The notes under the pieces: generated by a model
What the model was told of the DNA's origin: nothing
Databases searched by the model: none
Seen by the model: the letters and a program-made list of their open reading frames with translations, nothing else
Shown here: positions 1 to 9,777 of the stretch, piece by piece
How positions within the stretch are numbered: position 1 is the first letter of the stretch
How the letters are laid out: every line of letters starts with the position of its first letter
Origin: Wickerhamiella versatilis
Lineage: Eukaryota
DNA length: 64,000 nt
Direction: 5' to 3'
Assembly (NCBI GenBank): GCA_030867685.1
Contig: JAQOWU010000003.1
Coordinates: 248,001-312,000 of the forward strand
Program-made: the position numbers and the translations under genes

Positions 1-694
1 CACCACGAGGTCCACTGACCTCTTCATCAAATCCAAAGCTGATAAGGACGTCCCGTGTAGGCTTCCAACCCTGCTTCAGGAGGTTCTCCGTAGCTTCTAG
101 GATAGCTATCAGCGAGGATTTCGTGTCAGAACTGCCCCTGCCCCAAATATATTCACCATCGTAGTACCCTGAGAAAGGTGGATGATCCCACTGGTAGACG
201 GTTGATGGGTTTACTGGCACAACATCCTGGTGGGCCATCAAGATTGCTGGTTTCAGGCTGCGATCAGTGCCTGGGAGCGTGTAGAGCAGACCATAGGTGT
301 TCACGGTCTCCACAAACTCTGAAGTCCTGGGAAACTTGTTTGCTAGGTAGGCATGGAACTCGCCAAACACCTCAAACCGCTTGTCCTTGGTGGGATCCAT
401 GGGTAGATCGTCGAAGGACTCTGTAGGGATCTGAATCGCCCCACTTAGCAAGTCAATACTGAGGTTTCGGTACTTGGTGGTGGAAAATTGGGTCGCATTG
501 GCATAGACATCTGGTGGTGGCGCTAGGACCGGCGGCTGTGCGCAACTGGGCAATTCCACAGGCTCTGACCACCAGGGCCAAATAAGACCACCAAATATGA
601 TCACAGCAGCAGTTCCGATGGCTATGAGCCCACCCCTCTTCATCCGAGACGTCGTGCATGGGCTGGAGCCCTCTTCACGGAGTTCGATGGGCAT
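1..694 (-). CDS. CPS1: Gly-Xaa carboxypeptidase S (peptidase M20, Cps1-like), N-terminal part; runs off the window edge
   Basis: Not in the ORF track (no stop in the window). Manual translation from ATG 694: MPIELREEG...RGGLIAIGTAAVIIFGGLIWPWW (single TM)...LSGAIQIPTESFDD...LMAHQDVVPV...WDHPPFSGYYDGEYIWGRGSSDTKSSL...SFGFDEEVSGPRG, i.e. the M20 metal-binding motifs. Confidence 0.92.
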   Translation of the reverse strand, partial: MPIELREEGSSPCTTSRMKRGGLIAIGTAAVIIFGGLIWPWWSEPVELPSCAQPPVLAPPPDVYANATQFSTTKYRNLSIDLLSGAIQIPTESFDDLPMDPTKDKRFEVFGEFHAYLANKFPRTSEFVETVNTYGLLYTLPGTDRSLKPAILMAHQDVVPVNPSTVYQWDHPPFSGYYDGEYIWGRGSSDTKSSLIAILEATENLLKQGWKPTRDVLISFGFDEEVSGPRG

Positions 695-745
695 TTACCA
701 GCGTGAGACCTGAACCCTTACCCAAAGAGGGGGGGTCCTACTTTT

Positions 746-769
746 GTGCTCGTGCTCGTGCTCGTGCTT
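746..769 (+). repeat. (GTGCTC)n hexamer microsatellite, ~4 units
   Basis: gtgctc gtgctc gtgctc gtgctt, ~50 bp upstream of the CPS1 ATG. Confidence 0.8.
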
Positions 770-828
770 GGACTCGCGCCGATACGGTAAATTGACTTGG
801 GCTCAACGCTATGGCAGCAGATGTTACG

Positions 829-2157
829 CTATGTATGCGTATTATTCAAAGTACTGTTAACAAATGGTTTCCACCAATCGTTCACCACATCAGATAGACG
901 CCAATCAGACCATTCATAGTTGAGCAATCCATACGTCTCATTATAACCCCGTATCCCAGACCGGATTCTGTAACTTCCACCTATGGTCCACATGGCCCAT
1001 GAAATCCCGTTATCCGTTATGAAGTTTCGCAAACATTTCAGCTGATCGGAGAGATGTTCATTCTGGGTCGTACCAAATTCCGTTAAAATTACGGGTGCAA
1101 TGTTAGCTGCCTCGGTACAATTATTGGTATCATTGCACCCCGATGGCTTCGAGATGCCTAGTGCATTGAAGCCATCTTTGTAAAGCTCCAGTGCAAGCGA
1201 GTCGCAGTCACTACCATAATTGTAATGGTGCAACTCGAAGACAAGTTTATTTCCCCAGTCGTGCTCTGTGATGTTGAAGTGGTCGCTAGAGTCCGTGGGG
1301 TCGCAATTATGACAACTCGCCTGGTTGTACGGAGTGCCAGCTGTGAGGGCACTAAGCTCGACATCAAAGTCTTTGCCTGCCCAGGTGATAAGAAGGTCCG
1401 GATTTGCTTCATGGATGAGGTCGGCGCCTTTGGTGAAGTTGCCCACGAGGGTTTCCCAGTTGTAGCCTAAGTAGTGGGAGCTAGACTTGCGCGGCTCATT
1501 GTGAAGACTTATACTGACCATATTGTCATGCTGCTTGGTATAATTGGCAATGTACTGTAACGCGCGTGTCCAGTTGTGCACTGAAAAGTTTGTATCGTCA
1601 AACCAAGCGTCGCCATCGTCCTCGCTACAGCACCAACCTGCCTTGTCGATATGCAAATCGGGGTGTACATATATTTGTCGGGAATTCGCCTTTTCAATTA
1701 TATCATCCCACACTTCAAACCTGGTGGTGTTTTCATTCCATTCCCCGTTGTTCTCCGATATTCGGTGGCAAATGCTCGTTCCGTTGTCATTGCCAAGAGA
1801 AGATGTAAGAGATTCACAAATCGGCACGTCTTTACCACCCCGATCATAGAGGTCGTCAACCATTTCAGCGGCATACCCCATTCGGATAAAATTGAATCCC
1901 GCATCCTCAATAAAGTTCAGTATAGTGTCGGCTGATTGCCATTCTATTCCTTCTGGTAGCATTGAAACCTCGTTTAGGGGCCAGTTTACGCCTGCCCAGT
2001 GCACCACGTCGTTTCGCGCATTCACGATGTTCCTTCCTGACGTTGCGAACGGGGCGTAGGGCCAACTATCACTATCGGCCAGGATAGTGGGTAGCATCAG
2101 GAATGAAATTAGCAGGACAGCAGGTTTTATACATAATCGGCAACAGTCAAAACGCAT
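829..2157 (-). CDS. Secreted glycoside hydrolase family 5 (resembles the fungal GH5_16 endo-beta-1,6-galactanase type)
   Basis: Hydrophobic signal peptide; AGVNWP, GFNFIRM, KAGWCCS..DGDAWF, acid/base HNEPR, FELHHY, nucleophile LTEFG, WAMWTIGGSYRIRSG. Confidence 0.85.
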   Translation of the reverse strand: MRFDCCRLCIKPAVLLISFLMLPTILADSDSWPYAPFATSGRNIVNARNDVVHWAGVNWPLNEVSMLPEGIEWQSADTILNFIEDAGFNFIRMGYAAEMVDDLYDRGGKDVPICESLTSSLGNDNGTSICHRISENNGEWNENTTRFEVWDDIIEKANSRQIYVHPDLHIDKAGWCCSEDDGDAWFDDTNFSVHNWTRALQYIANYTKQHDNMVSISLHNEPRKSSSHYLGYNWETLVGNFTKGADLIHEANPDLLITWAGKDFDVELSALTAGTPYNQASCHNCDPTDSSDHFNITEHDWGNKLVFELHHYNYGSDCDSLALELYKDGFNALGISKPSGCNDTNNCTEAANIAPVILTEFGTTQNEHLSDQLKCLRNFITDNGISWAMWTIGGSYRIRSGIRGYNETYGLLNYEWSDWRLSDVVNDWWKPFVNSTLNNTHT

Positions 2158-3589
2158 TCATAGAGTTAGAGCTTATGCGAGACTCTTAATGGCAGTTAGA
2201 AACCCTCTCGGTTGCGAAATGTGTTAGTAATCTATGTAGATCACTGGGTAGACAGGTGGGCGCAATGTCTAAGACTTAGCATTATTTAAGAGGTTTCGAT
2301 ACTTTGTGCACCAGCCCTGAGTGTTATGTTATGCTTAAATTTTGCATTAGCACTCCACTACACACACATATGCAGACACGCCCTTAACCTCTATTTTTGT
2401 CATTACGGGTTTAGATCGTCCAGGTGAGTACTAATGAGAACGAAAAACTGTACTACTAAAATCTAAACCCTCCTTGAAATCTTGAGCAGCGTGGCCTAAC
2501 ATATTTACCTTAGCTGTGCCAAAATTATTCAATGCCCTTACCTCAACGTGTAGGCGGTGGGTCTGCTGTGTAATCACGCGTGCGATCACGTGAAACCGTT
2601 GAAAGCGGGTAACAAAGAAATAAGAGGGGAGCTCAGCACCATTGTGTTATAACATTTTTCTTAATAATGAGTTGGTTTTTTTATAACTTCCCCTTGTCTA
2701 CTGGTCAGCAGAATACAGTCGCAAACGACCGGCATGCAAGGGTGGGCTATAAGTGAGCCACCAATCAGACGCAATACTGAGGGAATGTTGATCACATGTC
2801 GGGTACCTCTAAGCATAGCGAACCATTATTATTCGACAGATATGATTCAATACCAGAAACTCAAAATTTGGATACTGTGAAGCTTCCGTTAATTTAGAAA
2901 AGTCAATATGACATCATGCACTAGCGACCCATGTTCTTGCACAGCCCCTTAGACAAAAGTTCCATACTTCGCAGGCTGAATTAATTCTGCCCTAAGTACA
3001 GCATACCACATACAAAATGGAAATGTTGTTGCAAAGTCTGTAACAAAACTAAGTCTCCTTTTGTCTTCGAAGATGTGGAGGTCTTCATACCGAAATTTCC
3101 TACCCTATCCCAGGCACAGCCTTGCCTGCTTTCGCTATAGGGTAGGTTAGATTCGAAGCAACACTAACGCTGGAAGTAGAACCACCCGCAAAACTCGTTT
3201 GATTTTGCTATGGTCTTATATTGAGAACTGTTCCTTCCCACGTTTACGACATGCTGCTTGTGTCTGCCTACTAATTATGAGTCGAGAACGACTCGCGAAA
3301 ACGAATATGGTGGGACTAACGACAAGACTAAAAATAAAGTGTGCGTAGAATAATCAGGTTAGAAATATCTATCAAACCCTTATTGATTATCGCGGTCTTC
3401 TATTTAAGCAGTATTGGTTAATTATTTCGGGCTTTCCTTGGTGCACTGATCGTATTGTTCTAGAGAACGTTTCTTTCGGGGTTAGAACTAGACGCGCGAT
3501 GGCCAGTGTAAGATGGCGCCCATGCTTAGGCGCACATACCAGTCAGGTGACCGTGTAAAATACGTGACGCATTAATTTTAGAAGCTAAC

Positions 3590-3599
3590 ATGACGTCAT
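3590..3599. promoter_or_regulatory. CRE/ATF-type palindrome ATGACGTCAT upstream of the cell-wall protein gene
   Basis: Perfect 10-bp palindrome ~270 bp upstream of ATG 3867. Confidence 0.4.
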
Positions 3600-3866
3600 T
3601 TTGTTACCGAGAATTTTCAAGTATACCGACTGAGGCAAGAGATGAAGTTGTACTACAGTCGTGTTATAGGTTCTAAACTAAATTAATGCAAAATACAAAT
3701 AGTTTTACACCCAAAACTGCCCAGAGTCTTGCCTGCTTTTACACGATCACAGCATGTAAGGGTAAGGTGACCGCTAGCCCCACATCAAGCGGGGTCTATT
3801 CATAGAAAACCAAAAGAGTATATAGTGAAGCTCAGTGCTCACCAGTTTACAACAACAATCACCCAC

Positions 3867-4364
3867 ATGATTTTTGGAAAGACTATCTCTACCTTTGCTG
3901 CACTGGCGACCGTACTTGCCTCTGTTAAAGATGTGAAGCTCGTCACTGAGTCCGATAGCTCAGATGTGAATAATTCGCCGCTGATCGGTCTGCATGAGGG
4001 TGCAGGCTTCAACTTTGTGTTCTTGGCTGACCCATCCTCAGGCAAGTCTGGCGACACCTACAAGTATGACGATGAGACCGGCAACGTGTACAAGCCCACC
4101 TCAGTCAATGGTGACGAAACAGCCAACTACACCTTGTCCTTGGACAACATTAGTGATGTGTTGGTTGTTCAAGAATCAGTTAACGACAACTCTCCTCTAA
4201 CGGTAGAAGGCGGCTACCTAGCCTTCAATGGCTCAACCAGCGCCTTCTTTGCTGGGAAGAATCTGACGTATGACCCATACGGATACAGTCACAGGCAGTA
4301 TGCTCTCGTGGGTACCAGTGGACAGGATACCATTGCCGTGAAGGTTAAGGTGAACGATGCTTAG
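3867..4364 (+). CDS. Small secreted cell-wall protein, Pga30/Pga31/Rhd3-like
   Basis: First ATG is 3867 (the track starts at an upstream GTG); signal peptide; the LHEGAGFNFVFL and DPYGYS motifs are typical of the family; no GPI tail. Confidence 0.7.
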   Translation: MIFGKTISTFAALATVLASVKDVKLVTESDSSDVNNSPLIGLHEGAGFNFVFLADPSSGKSGDTYKYDDETGNVYKPTSVNGDETANYTLSLDNISDVLVVQESVNDNSPLTVEGGYLAFNGSTSAFFAGKNLTYDPYGYSHRQYALVGTSGQDTIAVKVKVNDA

Positions 4365-4425
4365 AGCTAGAAACTTAGAAACGTAAAGATTGCCTACAGT
4401 TAACACAAATTTCATCCAGATTCAA

Positions 4426-5736
4426 TCAGTCAGAATTTTGCCGCACGAACTCCTTCAATTCAAGGGGATTACCATCCATTCTGGACCCGCTACCACTATC
4501 AATGCCCTTTATCTTCTCATTCCACGACCATAGCTCCTTTAAGTCTTTTTCCAAATGGCCCTCGAGTAGGTCAACCACCTTATCACCTATCACAGGCAAA
4601 AATTTCCAAGCATGTGCGGAGCCTCCGGTGACAAGAAGAACATTCTCCAGCCCAGGATGGAAGTCTATGAGAAAGTTCGCCGTTTTCGTCTGAGTCAACC
4701 AGCACATTTTCGTTTTTGAAAACTTGCGTTCCGCTAATGATGGCATGATCTCCTTAAGATTCAACCGAAGTTCCTCCTCGGCACCTTTTGGCATCCAGTC
4801 CCTAGGGTTTGATATTTGGGTCCGGGGATACGAAATGACCTGAGTTCCCACATGCTGCGGATCAGGATGGGGGATTTCCACAGTGTTCAGGTACCCAGGA
4901 GATCTTCGAAGAACCTTCACTTCATGACGCAGTGGAGGGAATATATTCACCCCTGTTGACAGGTTCGTGGTGATCGACATGTTTTTCCATCTATTCTCTT
5001 CATCCTCGGTAACATTGAACCACCCCACCTCTATGCACGTCATATTACATATATTTTCGAGGTTTACCAACTTGGCGCTCCATGCACCAGCAGCAACGAT
5101 GACTAGCTGAGCATTTATTGTTCTGCCACTGGCGAGCTGGACGCCATTCGCCCGATTACTCCCCGGTTCGAAAGTGACATTCTTGACCTCGTCATACAAA
5201 AAGTGAATTTGTGCATAGCGCTTGCACTTTTCGTAGTAGACCCGCATGGCATTGTCAGCCTCAATAAATCCTGCGTCGAAATTTGTATACGCCTGATTCC
5301 AACGAGTATCGGCCTCACTGTGTCCTTCAGTAGTGCCGTGGACATTAGAAAAGACAGAACCTGAACCTTCCACAAGTTTGAAGTTGTCCGTTGCACTTTG
5401 GATATTCTTGAGCTGCGAATTCCAATGCACACCCCATTTGTCCATTTTCCCATCAAATACGAAGGTCATTCCTACCTGGTGAAAGAGGGGAGAAAGCTCT
5501 GCATCATGCCTAATCACTTCTGTTGCTTCATGGGATAGTTTTGCATAAAGCGGATTCGTGTAGTCGAATCTCAAGCACCGGGTTGTATCAACACTGCTAC
5601 CATCTGGCACCGGCGGTTCGAATCTGTCAATTACCGTGATATGAGACTCGGGGCTTCTCTTGGCATATGCTAGGGCCGTTGAGAGACCAAAAATACCGGC
5701 ACCAATAACCACAACCTCCTGAGGTGGGCTCACCAT
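4426..5736 (-). CDS. FAD-dependent amine oxidase (sarcosine / L-pipecolate / fructosyl-amino-acid oxidase family)
   Basis: VVVIGAGIFGLSTA Rossmann motif, SSVDTTR, AAGAWS, KMCWLTQT (covalent-FAD Cys position), GGSAHAWKFLPVIG. Confidence 0.9.
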   Translation of the reverse strand: MVSPPQEVVVIGAGIFGLSTALAYAKRSPESHITVIDRFEPPVPDGSSVDTTRCLRFDYTNPLYAKLSHEATEVIRHDAELSPLFHQVGMTFVFDGKMDKWGVHWNSQLKNIQSATDNFKLVEGSGSVFSNVHGTTEGHSEADTRWNQAYTNFDAGFIEADNAMRVYYEKCKRYAQIHFLYDEVKNVTFEPGSNRANGVQLASGRTINAQLVIVAAGAWSAKLVNLENICNMTCIEVGWFNVTEDEENRWKNMSITTNLSTGVNIFPPLRHEVKVLRRSPGYLNTVEIPHPDPQHVGTQVISYPRTQISNPRDWMPKGAEEELRLNLKEIMPSLAERKFSKTKMCWLTQTKTANFLIDFHPGLENVLLVTGGSAHAWKFLPVIGDKVVDLLEGHLEKDLKELWSWNEKIKGIDSGSGSRMDGNPLELKEFVRQNSD

Positions 5737-5822
5737 CCGCTGGCAAATAAACTAGAAAGATAAATTAGCTAAGCGGTCGAGGAGAAGATAAGCAGATGAT
5801 TAGTCTAGCTGTGAACTATATA

Positions 5823-7298
5823 TTAGCTTAGATTCAATTCGTAGTCCTGAAGTTTTGCCAATGGTTGTTTGGCGTACACACGAGGCCCGCTATCGCCCTC
5901 AGCTATTCCATTAGGGTCCTCAGGGAAATCTTTGGCCTGTCTCCAGCGGAAGAGATTCGTATAGAAGTTACTCCTGCCCTCAATTTTGTCCACCAGAAAT
6001 TTTCCAAGTACAGGCAGCATCTTGAATGCGTGTCCTGAGCCTCCAGTGGACACAAAGACGTTATCTTTTCCAGGAACGAAGTCGTATATATAATCATTGT
6101 TGATTGTGTCAGTATACCAAATGATTTTTGGCTCAAGATGGATCCCAGCATCAACCAAATCAGGGAAAAATAGCTTCAGCCAGCTGATTGCTTGGTCCGT
6201 TATATGACTGGTGAGCCTAACTGCAGGAGGGTCCGAATTGGCAGTCCAAGGAACCGACACAACCCTACCATTCTCCAAAGTGACTGGGTTCGTATATTTT
6301 GTTTGACGAATTATCATTTTCATATAGCCCTCAGGCTCCGCAACCGGAAACATGAACATACCGCCCAAGTAATCCTTCTCCCTTGAATGGCCTGATTTCC
6401 AAGATACAATGGGGAAGTTTCGACTTCGGTATTTCTCAAATAGATCCTTTCTATCCTCAGGGATTTTAAAAACCATGACATTACCTGAAGACGCCTCATT
6501 AATACCCTCTAGTTCTCCTACGAGTGACGTGCTCCACGGCCCTGCCGCCATAACCACTAGGTCCGCAGGGTGCTCCACATTATCCATTGTCACTATTCCG
6601 CCAACCTTGTAGTTGCTCTCAGGCGACTTGAGGAAGCATTTCATTTTACCTTCGGGCTCACCCAGCACAAATTTCACGCCCATGGACTCACACAGATATT
6701 TGGCGAACTGGCAACCACGCGATGCGTAGAGCACACCTGAAGTAGTGTCAAGACATCCATGGATCGGATCAAGCCCGCGTGCTCTCAGATTATCCACAAA
6801 CTTGATCTTCTCACTTAATCCAGCCGGAAAGGCCCGGTGCATGTCCTCTTTACTGTCGAGATCATAGCGCAGCGAGGCTATGCCTGCCTTTTCGAAATTT
6901 TTGCGACTCGATTCCTCTTCCCAGCCTACACAATCGTCGAGCCGCAAGATTGAGCACTGGTCAAAAATTAGCTGGTTGGTGTATTTCTTGGCCTCCTCAG
7001 GTGGTACCAGGGCCAGTTGGCGATTCCAGTCCTGCCAGATTCTCTGCGCCTCCAATGCCAATTCTTGGTAATGCACCTTATCTCCGTATTCGGCGCGAAA
7101 TATCTTGTTCAAATCAGCAGATGCTGTATCTGCACCTTCTAGAAATGTGTAATGATTCTGATTCATATCGAGCCGGTCAAATACGGTCACGTTCCTATAG
7201 CCATTCTTTGCTAGATGGAGAGCATTGGAAAGACCAAATACTCCAGCACCCACGATGATTATCTTGGAGTCTTTGCTATAGCCACGGACATCAGGCAT
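5823..7298 (-). CDS. Second FAD-dependent amine oxidase, sarcosine-oxidase family
   Basis: IIIVGAGVFGLSNA, ASADLNKIFR, AAGPWS, WYTDT, GGSGHAFKMLPVLG. Confidence 0.9.
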   Translation of the reverse strand: MPDVRGYSKDSKIIIVGAGVFGLSNALHLAKNGYRNVTVFDRLDMNQNHYTFLEGADTASADLNKIFRAEYGDKVHYQELALEAQRIWQDWNRQLALVPPEEAKKYTNQLIFDQCSILRLDDCVGWEEESSRKNFEKAGIASLRYDLDSKEDMHRAFPAGLSEKIKFVDNLRARGLDPIHGCLDTTSGVLYASRGCQFAKYLCESMGVKFVLGEPEGKMKCFLKSPESNYKVGGIVTMDNVEHPADLVVMAAGPWSTSLVGELEGINEASSGNVMVFKIPEDRKDLFEKYRSRNFPIVSWKSGHSREKDYLGGMFMFPVAEPEGYMKMIIRQTKYTNPVTLENGRVVSVPWTANSDPPAVRLTSHITDQAISWLKLFFPDLVDAGIHLEPKIIWYTDTINNDYIYDFVPGKDNVFVSTGGSGHAFKMLPVLGKFLVDKIEGRSNFYTNLFRWRQAKDFPEDPNGIAEGDSGPRVYAKQPLAKLQDYELNLS

Positions 7299-7807
7299 TC
7301 TCGGAGTAAGTAAAGGATGTCGGGTTGTGTGTCACTTCTGGAAATGTGACTAATGATACTGGAGTTCCGTAGGACACGTCGACTAGTGAAATTCCTCTGT
7401 TTGACGGGTATAATAGCTTATGACTATAATTCATTTTCAGTATATATGATGAATACTACAAGTTAGCCAGCTTTGGTCATCCCGGCTATCGAAAGCTCCG
7501 GCTACTCGGATTCACCTTCCACATGAAATGAGACATGCTTACACATACAGAGATAAGAACTAAGTATAGTGGCTTACCCCAGGAGTTAACTAGAATACGG
7601 ATCTCGCACCAACATCAGGATAATTACATTAGATATGCAATTTTAAGTGATTAGTTCTGATATCTTCACATGTAAATTGTATGCTGGTCTGCGATCTTGT
7701 AGATGACGAATCAAAGATAAGATTTGGTATCGCACCCTCCTCTGACTGAACATAGCTCTGTAGCTGTTCGACATTTATCGTGCGCCACACCAAAATAAAA
7801 TTAGTAA

Positions 7808-9343
7808 ATGTCTTTTGGCCATTTAGAGGACAAGAAGAATGGGCTGGTGGAGACGAGCAGCTTCACCGTGCCTGAGCACGACACTGGCGAGCTGTCTGAC
7901 CTCAAGGTGGACCATAATGCTGTGGACGAAGGCTTCGACTATGCCGTGGGTACAATGGGGATGGATATTGATCCTGAATCCGAAAAGAAGGTTGTTAGAA
8001 AGATTGATTTTTTCATCCTGCCCCTTATGTGCATACTTATGTCTTGCCAGATATGCAATAAATCATCCAACTCGTATGCAAGCATCATGGGCCTCGAGGA
8101 AGATCTGAACATGTCAGATGAAGCATACTCGTGGGTAGGAAGCTCTTTCTATCTTGGTTACCTATTCTTCGAATTTCCTGCATGTTATCTTCTCCAGCGC
8201 TTTCCTCTCGCAAAGGTCCTAGGCACATCCGTTGTAGTCTGGGGGGTAGTGGTCTGCTGTCATGGTGTATGCCATAGTACACCAACATTTCTACTCTGCA
8301 GGACTTTTCTAGGGGTATTCGAGTCGTTCATGGATCCTGCGTATATGCTTCTGACGTCGCAATGGTATCGGCGGGACGAGCAGTATATTCGAAGCGCATG
8401 TTGGCTTGGCTTGCAAGGATTTGGCACTATGATAGGGTCAGGAATTGCGGCAGGGCTTTACCGACACGTGCACAATGGAGGTTCTTACTCTATGGCCCCA
8501 TGGCGGTTACTCTATGTGATTACAGGCGTCATCACAATTTTCTTTGGCCTCTTATCGTTCTTCCATGTTCCAGATATCCCAGTAAAGGCATGGTTCCTGA
8601 ATGAGCAGGAGAAGAAGATCGCCGTTGAGCGGATCCGGGAAAATAAAACCGGCTTTGGTAACCATACCTTTAAGATGTTTCAGTTGAAAGAAGCCTTGCT
8701 GGATCCAATTACATGGCTTTCCGCTTTTTTCATGATTGGATACGGCATCCCAAATAGCGGCATTGCAAACTTCGGCTCCAAACTTCTTCATGACAGCTTT
8801 GGCTTTGATACCTACAATGCATTGCTGATGAATATGGTAGGTAGCGGTATGGATATTGTGTTCCCGCTAGTGTTTGCCCTCTTCAATTTGTACGTTCTGC
8901 CTAGCCGTCTCATCACCTGCTTCATTATCAACTCGCTCAACTTCATGGCACTCTGCCTCCTCGCGTGGGGTCCCAACATGGGGTCCCAGCTCTCGGGATG
9001 GATCATATCCTTCCTTACAACAGCCTCGTGGGCATGCATGTCCTCCGTCATATCCACTAACGTTGCTGGCAACACAAAGAAGTCTGTTGCAGATTTCCTA
9101 TTCCTAGCAAGCTTCTCCGCAGGTAACATTATCGGGCCTCAAATTCCTCCCACCCAGACTACAGGAAAGGAAGCGATGGTGGGCACTTATGTTCCCTCGC
9201 TTCTTGCACCTGCGATCATGTTTGTAATTTTTTACTACAGGAACAAGAAAAAGGACCGTGAAAACCAAACAAATGATATGGTAAATTCTGAATTTTCTGA
9301 TTTGACAGATAGAACGAATCCTGAGTTTCGCTATGCGTTGTGA
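7808..9343 (+). CDS. MFS transporter, Dal5/allantoate (anion:cation symporter) family
   Basis: ~12 TM; RKIDFFILP, YSWVGSSFYLGY, SQWYRRDEQ, NVAGNTKK, C-terminal FSDLTDRTNPEFRYAL. Confidence 0.92.
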   Translation: MSFGHLEDKKNGLVETSSFTVPEHDTGELSDLKVDHNAVDEGFDYAVGTMGMDIDPESEKKVVRKIDFFILPLMCILMSCQICNKSSNSYASIMGLEEDLNMSDEAYSWVGSSFYLGYLFFEFPACYLLQRFPLAKVLGTSVVVWGVVVCCHGVCHSTPTFLLCRTFLGVFESFMDPAYMLLTSQWYRRDEQYIRSACWLGLQGFGTMIGSGIAAGLYRHVHNGGSYSMAPWRLLYVITGVITIFFGLLSFFHVPDIPVKAWFLNEQEKKIAVERIRENKTGFGNHTFKMFQLKEALLDPITWLSAFFMIGYGIPNSGIANFGSKLLHDSFGFDTYNALLMNMVGSGMDIVFPLVFALFNLYVLPSRLITCFIINSLNFMALCLLAWGPNMGSQLSGWIISFLTTASWACMSSVISTNVAGNTKKSVADFLFLASFSAGNIIGPQIPPTQTTGKEAMVGTYVPSLLAPAIMFVIFYYRNKKKDRENQTNDMVNSEFSDLTDRTNPEFRYAL

Positions 9344-9777
9344 GCTGCATACTCAGGCAATCAAATTATCGCGAGACAGAGATTGGTAATAAAGATTTTT
9401 ATAGGTAATTTAAGTATTAGCATAATTATTCATATAATAGATATAGACATTTTCAAGCTAAGGAAGAAGTAGCGACATTGTAGCTTTTTAGCTTAAGAGA
9501 TACGGATTTCAAAGAGTCGGTCAAAATAGAGTATGGAAATAATGTTATTCATATACTAGAAACCATTCGAACTTTGGAGATGGCCATTCACCCCTCCCAG
9601 AAACAATTAAACATGCACCTGAAAATATACTCTCTTACTCCTATACTGAATCAAGTAGTTTTGGACTTTATTTCTGACCAAAGCACTTAGTATCTGCTGT
9701 TGATACTTTGCAGAGGCAATTTGTCAATTAATTACCAGCTAAAATAATTGTACCATGAGGGACAAAATAGCAAATGT

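Noticed and set aside
178-659. Track ORFs 178-426 (+) and 453-659 (-)
   Set aside because: Shadow or alternative frames of the partial CPS1 gene.
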